DNA of 64,000 nt. Source: Syntrophobacterales bacterium. Its GTDB lineage: Bacteria > Desulfobacterota > Syntrophia > Syntrophales > UBA2210. The position numbers and the translations under genes are program-made. The DNA lies in contig JAGGXJ010000074.1 of the NCBI GenBank assembly GCA_021163105.1, positions 520-64,519 of the forward strand, given 5' to 3'. The stretch's first letter is position 1; every line of letters begins with the position of its first letter. The notes below the pieces were generated by a model. The model was not told the origin of the DNA. It worked only from the letters and a program-made list of their open reading frames with translations, and ran no database searches. Positions 29,703 to 38,527 of the stretch are shown in pieces.

Positions 29703-29969
29703 ATGAAAATCGGCAGATTTCTGTTTGGAATTTTTATTATTATGGTGCTTCTTATAATTTTCGGGAATAAAGGCTTCATGGATTACCGTGTATTGAAAGA
29801 GAAGCAGGCAGCCCTGGAAGAGGCAAATGAATGCACCATAAGTGAAAATAGGGAGTTAAAAAGAGAGATAATGCTGCTCAAAACCGATCTGCGTTACATC
29901 GAATCGGTGGCGAGGAGAGAACTTGGAATGGTTAAAAAGGGCGATACAGTTTATCAATTTATCGACTGA
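29703..29969 (+). CDS. ftsB: septum formation initiator (FtsB/DivIC family)
   Basis: 88 aa with an N-terminal TM helix, a coiled coil, and ESVARRELGMVKKGDTVY. Confidence 0.8.
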   Translation: MKIGRFLFGIFIIMVLLIIFGNKGFMDYRVLKEKQAALEEANECTISENRELKREIMLLKTDLRYIESVARRELGMVKKGDTVYQFID

Positions 29970-29988
29970 TAGAAAGCGGGTACACCGG

Positions 29989-31056
29989 ATGTTTTCAGTA
30001 AAAAATCTGCTTCCGGGAAGCAGAAAGATCGCTGGAATCGACATGGGATCAAGCATAGTCAAGCTTGTCGAGTTGCAGTATACTTCAGAAGGATGCATCC
30101 TGCACAGCTTTGCTCAGGTGTTTCTGGAAAGAGGCATCATAGAGGGTGGTTTGATCAAGGATCATGATGCCCTTGCCAAAAAGATCAAAGAACTTTTCAA
30201 GGTATCCCGCTGTCGGGCAGGGAATGTCGTAACGGCCCTTCCAGGGCACGTTGTTATGATTAAAAAGGCTGGTTTCCGGAAAATGGAAGAGGAAGAACTG
30301 CGTGATTTTATAATTGACGAAGCCGGGGAATACATGCCTTTCGATGACATCGGAGATGTAAACTTCGATTTTCATATATGCGATGAACAGAGCCTTGATC
30401 CGGGGCAGATGGAAGTTATCATCGCTGCCGCGAAAAAAGATGTCACTGAAAGTTATGTCTACGCAATCGAAAAGGCGGGGCGAAAGGTGACGATAATGGA
30501 CGTCGATTCTTTCGCGCTGGAGACAGCTTATGAGGAAAACTATGATTTTGACGCCGATGACACAATCGCCCTGGTAAATATAGGCGCGAGCATAACCAAC
30601 ATTAATATCGTTAAGAACAAGGAATCTGTCTTTACAAGAAATATTCTGTTGGGAGGAGATTCGATTACGCAGGCCCTGCAAAAAAAACTCGAAATTTCTT
30701 TTGAAGAAGCTGAAATGATAAAGATTGAAGGTTCAAGTGAACATGTCAAAACACAGGAAGACTTTTTCAGTTATCTTAAGCCTCTTTTCCTGGAAATGGG
30801 AAGATCTTTCGATTATTTCAGCTCGACGGCAACTGAGCCTCATATTACCCGTATTCTTGTCAGTGGCGGTTGCGCCAGAATCCCGAGAATAGTTGACGCC
30901 ATGAAAGATAAGTTCCATTGTGAAACTGAAATATTCAACCCCTTTAAAAATATAGCCTATGACAAGGATATCTTCAGTCCATCTTACATAAGAGATATAT
31001 GCCCTGTCGCTGCTGTCGGAGTTGGCCTGGCACTCAGGAAGATGGAGGACAAATGA
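29989..31056 (+). CDS. pilM: type IV pilus assembly protein PilM
   Basis: Actin-like ATPase fold (IAGIDMGSSIVKLVEL...VNIGASITNI...GGCARIP). I use the ATG at 29989, after the ftsB stop; the track ORF starts at 29923. Confidence 0.9.
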   Translation: MFSVKNLLPGSRKIAGIDMGSSIVKLVELQYTSEGCILHSFAQVFLERGIIEGGLIKDHDALAKKIKELFKVSRCRAGNVVTALPGHVVMIKKAGFRKMEEEELRDFIIDEAGEYMPFDDIGDVNFDFHICDEQSLDPGQMEVIIAAAKKDVTESYVYAIEKAGRKVTIMDVDSFALETAYEENYDFDADDTIALVNIGASITNINIVKNKESVFTRNILLGGDSITQALQKKLEISFEEAEMIKIEGSSEHVKTQEDFFSYLKPLFLEMGRSFDYFSSTATEPHITRILVSGGCARIPRIVDAMKDKFHCETEIFNPFKNIAYDKDIFSPSYIRDICPVAAVGVGLALRKMEDK

Positions 31057-31598
31057 TAAAAATCAACCTCCTTCCATATCGTGAAGAGAAAAAGAAGGCG
31101 AGTACCAAGCGCCAGGTTTTTATCTGGCTGATTTCCTTTGGAGGACTCCTTCTGCTGGTGATTTTATTCCACGTCCATATGGTTATGAATGTTGCCAGGC
31201 TGGAAACCGAGGTCCAATCCGCACGCGTCAAACTGGATACCCTTACAAAGATAACTGGAGATTTGGAAAAGTTTAAATTGGATAAAGAAATACTGGAAAA
31301 GAAAATAGGAATAATAGAGGCTCTTGAGAAAGACAGAAACTATCCGGTACACATCATGGATGAACTGGCCTCCAGGATTTCCCCCCAGCGCGAGTGGCTT
31401 ACCCGTGTCGCGAAAAAGGACAACAATCTGCGTGTGGAGGGAGTGGCCGTCAACAATTCTGCCATAGCACAGTTTATGAAAAGGCTTGAAGGATCTCCTT
31501 ATATCAAGACAGTGGATCTGATTTCGTCTAAACAGACAGATGTTTCAGGGGTAAAACTGATGGAGTTTGTGCTTTTATGTATAGCGGAAAAGGAATAA
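31053..31598 (+). CDS. pilN: type IV pilus assembly protein PilN
   Basis: MIKINLLPYREEKKK followed by a TM helix. ATGA overlap with the pilM stop. Confidence 0.85.
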   Translation: MIKINLLPYREEKKKASTKRQVFIWLISFGGLLLLVILFHVHMVMNVARLETEVQSARVKLDTLTKITGDLEKFKLDKEILEKKIGIIEALEKDRNYPVHIMDELASRISPQREWLTRVAKKDNNLRVEGVAVNNSAIAQFMKRLEGSPYIKTVDLISSKQTDVSGVKLMEFVLLCIAEKE

Positions 31599-31601
31599 GA
31601 A

Positions 31602-32213
31602 ATGGCGATAGGACTGGATGACATCAAAAACCTGTCTCTCGGGAAAAAACTGGCAATAGGCCTTCTCTTGTTTCTCCTCCTGGGATATTTCTACTGGTTT
31701 TATCTTCTTCAACCTGCTTTTGAAAAGAAAGCCAGGTTGAGTGAAGAGCTTGGAAATCTTAACATGCGGATAGTGGCAAGACAGCGGGTGGTAGGACAGA
31801 TAGAGCAGTATAAAAAAGATATAGCCAAACTGAATGAAGATTTACAGACAATTCTGGCCAAGCTTCCTGACCAGAAAGAAATTCCACGTCTGCTCACATC
31901 TGTTTCTGAAGCCGGAAGAAGCGCGGGACTCGATTTTATCCTTTTTGAACCCACCGCTCCCGTTTCAAAGAAATTTTATGCCGAGATACCTGTTAAGATT
32001 ACAGTCGAGGGAAAGTATAATGATATTGCTGTCTTCTTCGACAGTGTGTCGCATCTCCCACGCATAGCCAATATAATGGATGTTGAAATCAAAAGAGAGA
32101 AAAAAGGCGCAGAGGGAGATATCCTCAAGGCCGATTGTTTAATAAAGATATACATGTTTCTGGAAGAGGCAGATGAAGAAACGAATGAAGAAACCGATAA
32201 AAAGAAAGCGTAG
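31602..32213 (+). CDS. pilO: type IV pilus assembly protein PilO
   Basis: 203 aa with a TM helix and a coiled coil, in the position between pilN and pilP. Confidence 0.8.
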   Translation: MAIGLDDIKNLSLGKKLAIGLLLFLLLGYFYWFYLLQPAFEKKARLSEELGNLNMRIVARQRVVGQIEQYKKDIAKLNEDLQTILAKLPDQKEIPRLLTSVSEAGRSAGLDFILFEPTAPVSKKFYAEIPVKITVEGKYNDIAVFFDSVSHLPRIANIMDVEIKREKKGAEGDILKADCLIKIYMFLEEADEETNEETDKKKA

Positions 32214-32709
32214 CCACCAGTTAAAATGGGGCGCGGCAGTGCTTACTGTACTCTTTGTTCTCCCCTTGACCACCATGGTGTATTGCGCCGACGGCCCGGG
32301 AGAGCTGGATTCCGAAACCTACAGATATGACCCGGAGGGAAAGCCCGATCCCTTTAAGCCTTTTATTGAGATAGTGAAAAAAAATAAAAAAACTCAAAAG
32401 GCAAAAAAAACCGATAAAGATGAAGAGAGTGTCTCTATGCCCCTCCCTCCCCTTCAGAGATTTGGGACAGAAGAGTTTCGCCTTATCGGCATTGTTCTGT
32501 CCGGCGCCAAAGGGTTTGCCATGGTGGAAACCCCAGAAGGAAAATGTTATATCCTCCGCAAAAACACCCGTATAGGGGTAAATGGGGGCAGAGTGATAAA
32601 GATACTTTCCGACAATGTGGTGGTGTTGGAGAAGATAAAAGATTTTGAGGGAAACACAAGTACGGAACGCGTTATCCTTACACTTAGAAAAAACGGGGGA
32701 ACTCCATGA
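32173..32709 (+). CDS. pilP: type IV pilus assembly lipoprotein PilP
   Basis: Signal peptide with the lipobox-like TMVYC and a C-terminal PilP beta-domain (FRLIGIVLSG...AMVETPEGKCYILRKNTRIG). The start is uncertain. Confidence 0.75.
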   Translation: MKKRMKKPIKRKRSHQLKWGAAVLTVLFVLPLTTMVYCADGPGELDSETYRYDPEGKPDPFKPFIEIVKKNKKTQKAKKTDKDEESVSMPLPPLQRFGTEEFRLIGIVLSGAKGFAMVETPEGKCYILRKNTRIGVNGGRVIKILSDNVVVLEKIKDFEGNTSTERVILTLRKNGGTP

Positions 32710-34376
32710 AGTCAGAGAAAAAAATCCTTTCCTTTGCCCTTTCTTTCCTGATGGGTCTTCTGGTCCTGTCCGGTTGTGCTACTGTCGACAGCAAGACTCC
32801 CGCGGGAGTTTCTTCCGCGCAGGAAAAGGTTGAGGGAGATACCGGCAGCGCTTATGTCAAAGGCGTGATCCTTAAAAAAATGAACGGGAAAGAGCAGGTG
32901 TCCATCCTTCTTTCTGATGTCTCTGATTTTGACATATCGAGAGAATCGGATAATGCCCTGGTGGTAAATCTGAGGGGTGTATCTATTCCCGAGGGGATGA
33001 AAAAAGAATACAGCGGAGGCAGACTGAAAAATCTTAAGACGGTATCCCTTTATCAGGAGACGACAGAGGGGAAAAAGAAAACATTTGCCAGGATGCTCCT
33101 GAAAAGAATGGTCCCATACAGATACAGTAAGAACGGCTCAAGGGTAATCGTTGATTTTGATGTCTCAACCCTGTCTTACAGAACAGCACCTGCCGCGGAA
33201 TATTCTCCGAAAGCCTCCCCCGCGTCTGCGCCAAAGACTATTGCGCCCGCGCCAGAAGCTATAAAAATCACGCACGGAAAAATCGCCCCGCAGCCGGAAA
33301 AAGACAAGCAATACACCGGCAGAAAAATCTCCCTTGATTTTCAGGATACCAACATAAAGAGCGTGTTCAGACTGATATCGGAGATAAGCGGGTTCAGTAT
33401 TGTCGCCGGTCCGGATGTAAAAGCTGAAGTGACAGTGCATATGAAGGATGTCCCATGGGATCAGGCGCTTGACACCATATTGGAGATAAACGGCCTCGGA
33501 AAGAAACAATCAGGAACGGTTATCTCCGTCCTGCCTCTGAAAGAATTAAAAAAAATTAACGAAGAACAAGAGAAAAAAATCCCAAAAGACAAAATTAAAC
33601 AAATCACGATAGAGGCAAAGATAGTGGAAGTGAGCACAAATTTTGCCAGGGAGATGGGTATTAAATGGGGATATGGCTATAAAGACAGATGGGGAGAGAA
33701 GGATTATGGCGTTATGGTCGGAAACTCCGCGTCAGGGGATCTGGCCACCCTCCCCGGTGGAATAGGCTTGACCTCCAGCAACACCGCTGTAAACTTTCCC
33801 TCTGCCGTGTCTGCCGCAAGTCCCGCGATAGGACTGGTCATGGGAACGACTAAGTTTATCCTTGACGCCAAGCTGGCGGCGCTTGAAAATACCGGCGATG
33901 GTAAGATTGTTTCATCTCCCAAGGTCACGACACTTAATGGTGTAAAGGCCACGATAAAACAGGGTGAGGAAATTCCCTATACGGTCATCGATGATGACGG
34001 GAAAACATCGACGGAGTTCAAGGAGGCAACGCTTAAACTGGAAGTGACCCCGACTGTTACCCCTGAGGGCAGGATATCTATAGAGGTAAAGGCCAACAAC
34101 GATTATGCGGACTGGACATACAAGAACCCGAAGGTGGTAAGTGATAATCCCCCGATAAAAACAAGCAGCGTGGAATCCACGGTGGTCGTCGCGGATGGAG
34201 ATACGATCGTTATCGGCGGCGTTTATAAGACTATCGAAAGTGAATCGGTAGAAGGCGTTCCGTGGCTGTCGAATATTCCCGCTCTGGGCTGGTTGTTCAA
34301 GTACAAAACTACCAGTACTGATAAAAGAGAGTTGCTGATATTTGTCACCCCGAGGGTAATAAGGGAAGATAGATAA
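32706..34376 (+). CDS. pilQ: type IV pilus secretin PilQ (AMIN domain + secretin)
   Basis: Lipoprotein signal LSGC, an AMIN-like N-terminal domain, and a secretin C-terminus (GVPWLSNIPALGWLFKYKTTSTDKRELLIFVTPRVI). Confidence 0.9.
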   Translation: MKSEKKILSFALSFLMGLLVLSGCATVDSKTPAGVSSAQEKVEGDTGSAYVKGVILKKMNGKEQVSILLSDVSDFDISRESDNALVVNLRGVSIPEGMKKEYSGGRLKNLKTVSLYQETTEGKKKTFARMLLKRMVPYRYSKNGSRVIVDFDVSTLSYRTAPAAEYSPKASPASAPKTIAPAPEAIKITHGKIAPQPEKDKQYTGRKISLDFQDTNIKSVFRLISEISGFSIVAGPDVKAEVTVHMKDVPWDQALDTILEINGLGKKQSGTVISVLPLKELKKINEEQEKKIPKDKIKQITIEAKIVEVSTNFAREMGIKWGYGYKDRWGEKDYGVMVGNSASGDLATLPGGIGLTSSNTAVNFPSAVSAASPAIGLVMGTTKFILDAKLAALENTGDGKIVSSPKVTTLNGVKATIKQGEEIPYTVIDDDGKTSTEFKEATLKLEVTPTVTPEGRISIEVKANNDYADWTYKNPKVVSDNPPIKTSSVESTVVVADGDTIVIGGVYKTIESESVEGVPWLSNIPALGWLFKYKTTSTDKRELLIFVTPRVIREDR

Positions 34377-34440
34377 TCAACACGGCTGATCTACAAAAAA
34401 TCAAGATCAATGGATAAATAAATTGAGATCTTTGAAAAAT

Positions 34441-34686
34441 GTTCAATTTTGTTCAAGTACAAGAAGAGACCTTTGCACAAATGCCGTAATTTGTCATTTC
34501 GACCGCAGGGAAAAATCTTAACAGACTTGATTCATTAAGATTTCTCGTCGCTCCCGCTCCTCGAAATGACATTATGCAAAGCTCTAAAGAAAGGCGAAAA
34601 TTTCAACCGGAAGAATATATTGAATATTTCGAGGATTGAAATTTGAGTTTGACGCAGTAATTGGGCAAAAGGGGACGTTTTGCAAA
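34441..34686. repeat. dispersed intergenic repeat, copy B, split by a nested palindromic element
   Basis: 34441-34463 and 34591-34685 match the reverse complement of copy A (27904-28021). The ~125 nt in between contain the GTCATTTCGA...TCGAAATGAC element. Confidence 0.8.
34493..34570. repeat. imperfect palindromic intergenic element (GTCAWTTCGA...TCGAAWTGAC family), copy 2
   Basis: GTCATTTCGA...AAATCTTAA-loop-TTAAGATTT...TCGAAATGAC. It shares termini and inner arms with 1222-1320. Confidence 0.8.
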
Positions 34687-34711
34687 GATCTCAAATTAAA
34701 GGAGCTACAGG

Positions 34712-36742
34712 ATGAAAAGAAAATACCTTCAACTTGGTTTTTTTATCATTTTCATTTTTATTTTTCTTGTTTCGTGCGGAGGAAGTTCGATGGAGGGTGA
34801 TGATAACGGCGGTGGAACTACAGAACCAGAAAACGTTGCCGCCATATTTGTCGAGGCGGACAGTAATACGATCGATCCGGAAGCATCCACAGGTGTTACC
34901 GCTCATGTATATAATTCAAGTGGCGGCCCGGTTTCGGGCGTTGATGTTGTGTTCACACTGAGCGATCCCGTACTGGCGTATATAACCAATACATCGACTT
35001 CAGATAGTAATGGAGAAGCGACGGTTACCTTTACAGCACGAACACTCCCCGGCGAGGTGGGAATCACCGCGACCGCGGAATCCGTCAGCAGCGACCCGGA
35101 AACCATATTCATCCTTGACGAAACCGAGCCGCAAAGCATTACACTGGAAGCAACACCTGACACCGTTATTGTCCAGGGCACGTCGACGGTAACGGCAACG
35201 GTGCTTGGTGAGGGCGGAGCGGATGTACCAAACGGCACAACCGTAACGTTTACAGTGGATAACGATTCACTGGGAACGGTCACGGCGTCTTCCGTAACGA
35301 ACAGCAACAAGGCGACGGCGACCTTCGAGGCGAGTGAAAACCCCGGACAGGTGGACATTACCGCGCAATCAGGAACCGCCGTTTCCGACCCGGTAACGGT
35401 TATGATAGAACAGGCGCCCGCCGCGTTTATCGAATTCGTTTCCGCCGACCCGAGCCTCATCGCGATAGCGGGTACCGGCGGCACTGAGATCTCTACGATC
35501 CAGTTCAGGGTAACCAACAGCAACGGCAATCCACTTCAGAACGTGACCGTCCTCTTCGAAATACATGACGGGCTGAACGGGGGCGAATATATCAATCCTT
35601 CCGACCATGGAGCTGAAATAGAGGTCTCCACCACCGCGGACGGTATTGCCCAGTGTTCGCTGCACAGCGGCTCTGTCGCGGGACCCGTTACTATCACGGG
35701 TACCATCTTCGATGGGGTTGGAGATCCGCTCATGACGGTTAAATCCTCCATCGTCTCCATCGGCGGCGGTGTCCCCTCGGAGAAACGCTTCAGCGTGGCC
35801 GCGGAGACACTCAATCTCCCGGGGCTTAATGAACTGGGAGTAGAAACCGATATTACGGCATACCTTGCAGACCGGTTCGGTAACTATAATATACTTGACG
35901 GAACAGTCGTCTCCTTTGAGACGGAACTGGGACTTACGGTGAATTCGAGCGATGCAACCGCCGATCAATCGGGGACAGCAACCGTTGTTATCCGCACGCA
36001 GGGGTACGGTCCCGAAGATGTGATCCCCCTCTCGTGGGAAACCGACCTGATTGACTACGTTTTTACAACCTACGGGTACAGCATGACAAACCATCCGCGG
36101 GATGGTCTCTGTTCGGTACTCGTTCACACGAGGGGCGAGGAACATTTCGACGATACAAATGCGAACGGTGTCTACGACAGTGGAGAACCGTTTCTGGATA
36201 CCCTTCCCGATCCCTTCTGTGACTATAACGACAATGAAAGCCACGACAACGGGACCACGGACCCCTTTGAATTGTACGTTTCTGCGGACGGCAGCAGCTC
36301 CTATAACGGTGTCCTCAACGGCGCGTGGGATTCCCCAGATGCCGATAAGATGTTGTTTCGCAACTTCAAGATCCTGGTAACCGGCTCGCCTATAATTTGT
36401 TCAAATACCGCCACGTTCAACATACCAAACGGCGGTTCGGAGGCGATCACGGTCAGCGTGTGCGACCGGAACCTCAACCCGCTTACACCGGGGACCACAG
36501 TCAGTATTACGACAAATGCCGGCAAGGTAAGCGGACGGATCAATTACACGTTCCCCAACAGCAGCGTGATCGGTCCCGACAGGGACGGTCATCTCGGCCT
36601 GATAGAATTCCCCTTTATTATCTCCGACAGCGATCCGGATGAAACCAAGCCTGAGATAGCTACCATTACCGTGGAGGTCTACTGGGAAGGAGGAACATAT
36701 TCATTAAATATAATAGGTAATGTTGACTACTCTGCCCCATAA
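34712..36742 (+). CDS. surface lipoprotein with tandem bacterial Ig-like (Big_1/invasin-like) repeats and an Asp-rich Ca-binding-like segment
   Basis: Lipobox LVSCGG. At least 3 repeats of the type ...TATVxxxxGxPVxGxxVTFT...G..V..S..T..G.ATVTFxA...PG.V.ITA. A DDTNANGVYDSGEPFLD...DYNDNESHDNG segment follows. The gene is GC-rich relative to its neighbours. Confidence 0.7.
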   Translation: MKRKYLQLGFFIIFIFIFLVSCGGSSMEGDDNGGGTTEPENVAAIFVEADSNTIDPEASTGVTAHVYNSSGGPVSGVDVVFTLSDPVLAYITNTSTSDSNGEATVTFTARTLPGEVGITATAESVSSDPETIFILDETEPQSITLEATPDTVIVQGTSTVTATVLGEGGADVPNGTTVTFTVDNDSLGTVTASSVTNSNKATATFEASENPGQVDITAQSGTAVSDPVTVMIEQAPAAFIEFVSADPSLIAIAGTGGTEISTIQFRVTNSNGNPLQNVTVLFEIHDGLNGGEYINPSDHGAEIEVSTTADGIAQCSLHSGSVAGPVTITGTIFDGVGDPLMTVKSSIVSIGGGVPSEKRFSVAAETLNLPGLNELGVETDITAYLADRFGNYNILDGTVVSFETELGLTVNSSDATADQSGTATVVIRTQGYGPEDVIPLSWETDLIDYVFTTYGYSMTNHPRDGLCSVLVHTRGEEHFDDTNANGVYDSGEPFLDTLPDPFCDYNDNESHDNGTTDPFELYVSADGSSSYNGVLNGAWDSPDADKMLFRNFKILVTGSPIICSNTATFNIPNGGSEAITVSVCDRNLNPLTPGTTVSITTNAGKVSGRINYTFPNSSVIGPDRDGHLGLIEFPFIISDSDPDETKPEIATITVEVYWEGGTYSLNIIGNVDYSAP

Positions 36743-36785
36743 AATAATATCTGGAATTAAAAGGGATTTGGTTTTCGCAAGTCTT

Positions 36786-36817
36786 AAAAAAAGGGGGCCA
36801 CTCATGACCCCCTTTTT
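36786..36817. terminator. bidirectional rho-independent terminator between convergent genes
   Basis: AAAAAAA-GGGGG-ccactcatga-CCCCC-TTTTT. Confidence 0.7.
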
Positions 36818-36828
36818 AGATTTATAAT

Positions 36829-37155
36829 CTATGGATACCGCGCCTTTACAGTGGTATAAATTCCACCTCTGACATTGAAATTGCCGACGACCTCCGCCTT
36901 TTTTGGGTGTATCTTTTCCACAAAGTCTTTCAGGATCCCGTTCACTGCCTCTTCGTGGAATATCCCCCTGTCACGGTAGGAATTCAGGTAGAGTTTCATG
37001 GATTTGAGTTCAACCAGAAACTCTCCCGGGACATAGGTGATAATTATTTCCGCGAAGTCCGGCTGCGCGGTCATCGGGCAGAGACATGTAAACTCGGGAA
37101 ATCGTATATCTACCTCGTAATCATGCTCTTTGTACCTGTTCTCTATTGCCTCCAT
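36829..37155 (-). CDS. queF: NADPH-dependent 7-cyano-7-deazaguanine reductase QueF (type I)
   Basis: 108 aa: EFTCLCPMTAQPDFAEIIITYVP and SMKLYLNSYR. Confidence 0.9.
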   Translation of the reverse strand: MEAIENRYKEHDYEVDIRFPEFTCLCPMTAQPDFAEIIITYVPGEFLVELKSMKLYLNSYRDRGIFHEEAVNGILKDFVEKIHPKKAEVVGNFNVRGGIYTTVKARYP

Positions 37156-37753
37156 AAAACCTCACTAAGATGTAACAAATCGGTGTGTCAAGAAGGGCTA
37201 TTCCTATCTTGACAAGGTATTGACTGAGGATCATCATCCCTATTGCCGCCGGAGGAAATACACCCCAGAAGGCTATGGTTATGAACAGAACGGAATCGAT
37301 CATCTGTGAGGCAATCGTCGAGAGATTGTTTCTCAGCCACAGGTGCCTTCCCGCAGTTTTCTTTTTCCACCAGTGAAACGCCCATACATCATGTCTCTGG
37401 GATATTATATATGCTATCATGGACGCCATTACTATTCTCGGTGTTGATCCGAGAATAATGTTGTACGCCTCCTGATGTTTCCAGAACCCGGCCGGGGGAA
37501 GTATCTTGCCCGCTAATATTACAAGCACCATGAACAGCGACATGTAAAAACCCATCATGACAAGGTTGCCGGCGCTCCTTTTACCCTCTATCTCCGCTAC
37601 TACATCGGTAAAAAGAAAGGTAAGAGGATAAAAAATAACCGCCGCCGGCAGTATCAGCCCTCCTACTGTGATTATCTTGCACGCAAGAATATTGGCCAGA
37701 AGCAGAGAGCATATAAAGAGATATTTTATAAATTGAATATTTGATGAAGTCAT
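37121..37753 (-). CDS. yhhQ: queuosine-precursor transporter (YhhQ/DUF165 family)
   Basis: Multi-TM protein with FLFTDVVAEI and ASQMIDSVLFITIAFWG. I prefer the ATG at 37753 (MTSSNIQF); the track ORF extends to 37810. Confidence 0.8.
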   Translation of the reverse strand: MTSSNIQFIKYLFICSLLLANILACKIITVGGLILPAAVIFYPLTFLFTDVVAEIEGKRSAGNLVMMGFYMSLFMVLVILAGKILPPAGFWKHQEAYNIILGSTPRIVMASMIAYIISQRHDVWAFHWWKKKTAGRHLWLRNNLSTIASQMIDSVLFITIAFWGVFPPAAIGMMILSQYLVKIGIALLDTPICYILVRFYGGNREQVQRA

Positions 37754-37831
37754 ATTAAGTTTTCCATTGAAAGATATCTGCAAATCAAATAAGGATAGGA
37801 GGAATATCATTGCTTTGTGAATTATGTCAAA

Positions 37832-37849
37832 TGATTTTTCGAAAAATCA
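37832..37849. promoter_or_regulatory. perfect 18-bp palindrome in the yhhQ/TPR divergent spacer
   Basis: TGATTTTTCGAAAAATCA. On the minus strand it overlaps a TTGATT-N18-CATAAT promoter-like arrangement. Confidence 0.4.
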
Positions 37850-37882
37850 ACGGCAGTAAACTGCGGGTCAAGGATAACTGTT

Positions 37883-38527
37883 ATGTACAAAACATATCTT
37901 GAAGACAGAGAAGCGTTTTTGTCGGATGTCAGGGCAAAGATGAAGAAAAAATTGTATAGTGACATTATTGCCCTCGCGGAGGCAAGATTTAAACGCTTCC
38001 CGGGAGATATGGATGCTTATCTTACCGTAGCCTCGTGCGGAGCCCGGATGGACAACCCGGTAGAAGCCGGGGAAATTGTTAAGCAGTGGCATGATATCGT
38101 GCGGGACCAGTCACGCGTTTACGAAACACTGGGAGACGCGTACAACCGGAAAGGAATGACAAAAGAGGCAATAGAATCTTATGGGAGATTTGCGGCATTG
38201 AATCCCGACGCTTCCGAACATATCTCCGGAAAGATTGCTTCATTACAAGACATTGCCATCGAGAAGAAAGATAGTGGAGAAAACGAGGATGAACCTGCCG
38301 ATATGCTGGCAGATTTTTATACTATTACACTGGCCAGACTGTATGTGAAACAGGGTCACTTCAAAATGGCCGGAGACGTGCTTGGCAAGATACTGGAAAG
38401 AGATCCGGGAAATGTTGAGGCCCGGGAATATGCTGAGTACGTGATACGCCTGATCAAAGATGGATGGAAACCGGTTATTGATGAGTTGGAGAAATGGTTG
38501 AATGGATTACAAGAAAAAAGAGATTAG
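37883..38527 (+). CDS. TPR-repeat protein
   Basis: 214 aa with TPR-like helices (YETLGDAYNRKGMTKEAIESYGRFAALNP; LARLYVKQGHFKMAGDVLGKILERDP). Confidence 0.6.
   Translation: MYKTYLEDREAFLSDVRAKMKKKLYSDIIALAEARFKRFPGDMDAYLTVASCGARMDNPVEAGEIVKQWHDIVRDQSRVYETLGDAYNRKGMTKEAIESYGRFAALNPDASEHISGKIASLQDIAIEKKDSGENEDEPADMLADFYTITLARLYVKQGHFKMAGDVLGKILERDPGNVEAREYAEYVIRLIKDGWKPVIDELEKWLNGLQEKRD

Noticed and set aside
35369-36244. A 291-aa minus-strand ORF, plus other antisense ORFs, inside the Ig-repeat lipoprotein gene.
   Set aside because: This is a high-GC stop-codon-poor artefact. The plus frame has a lipobox and repeated Ig-like modules.
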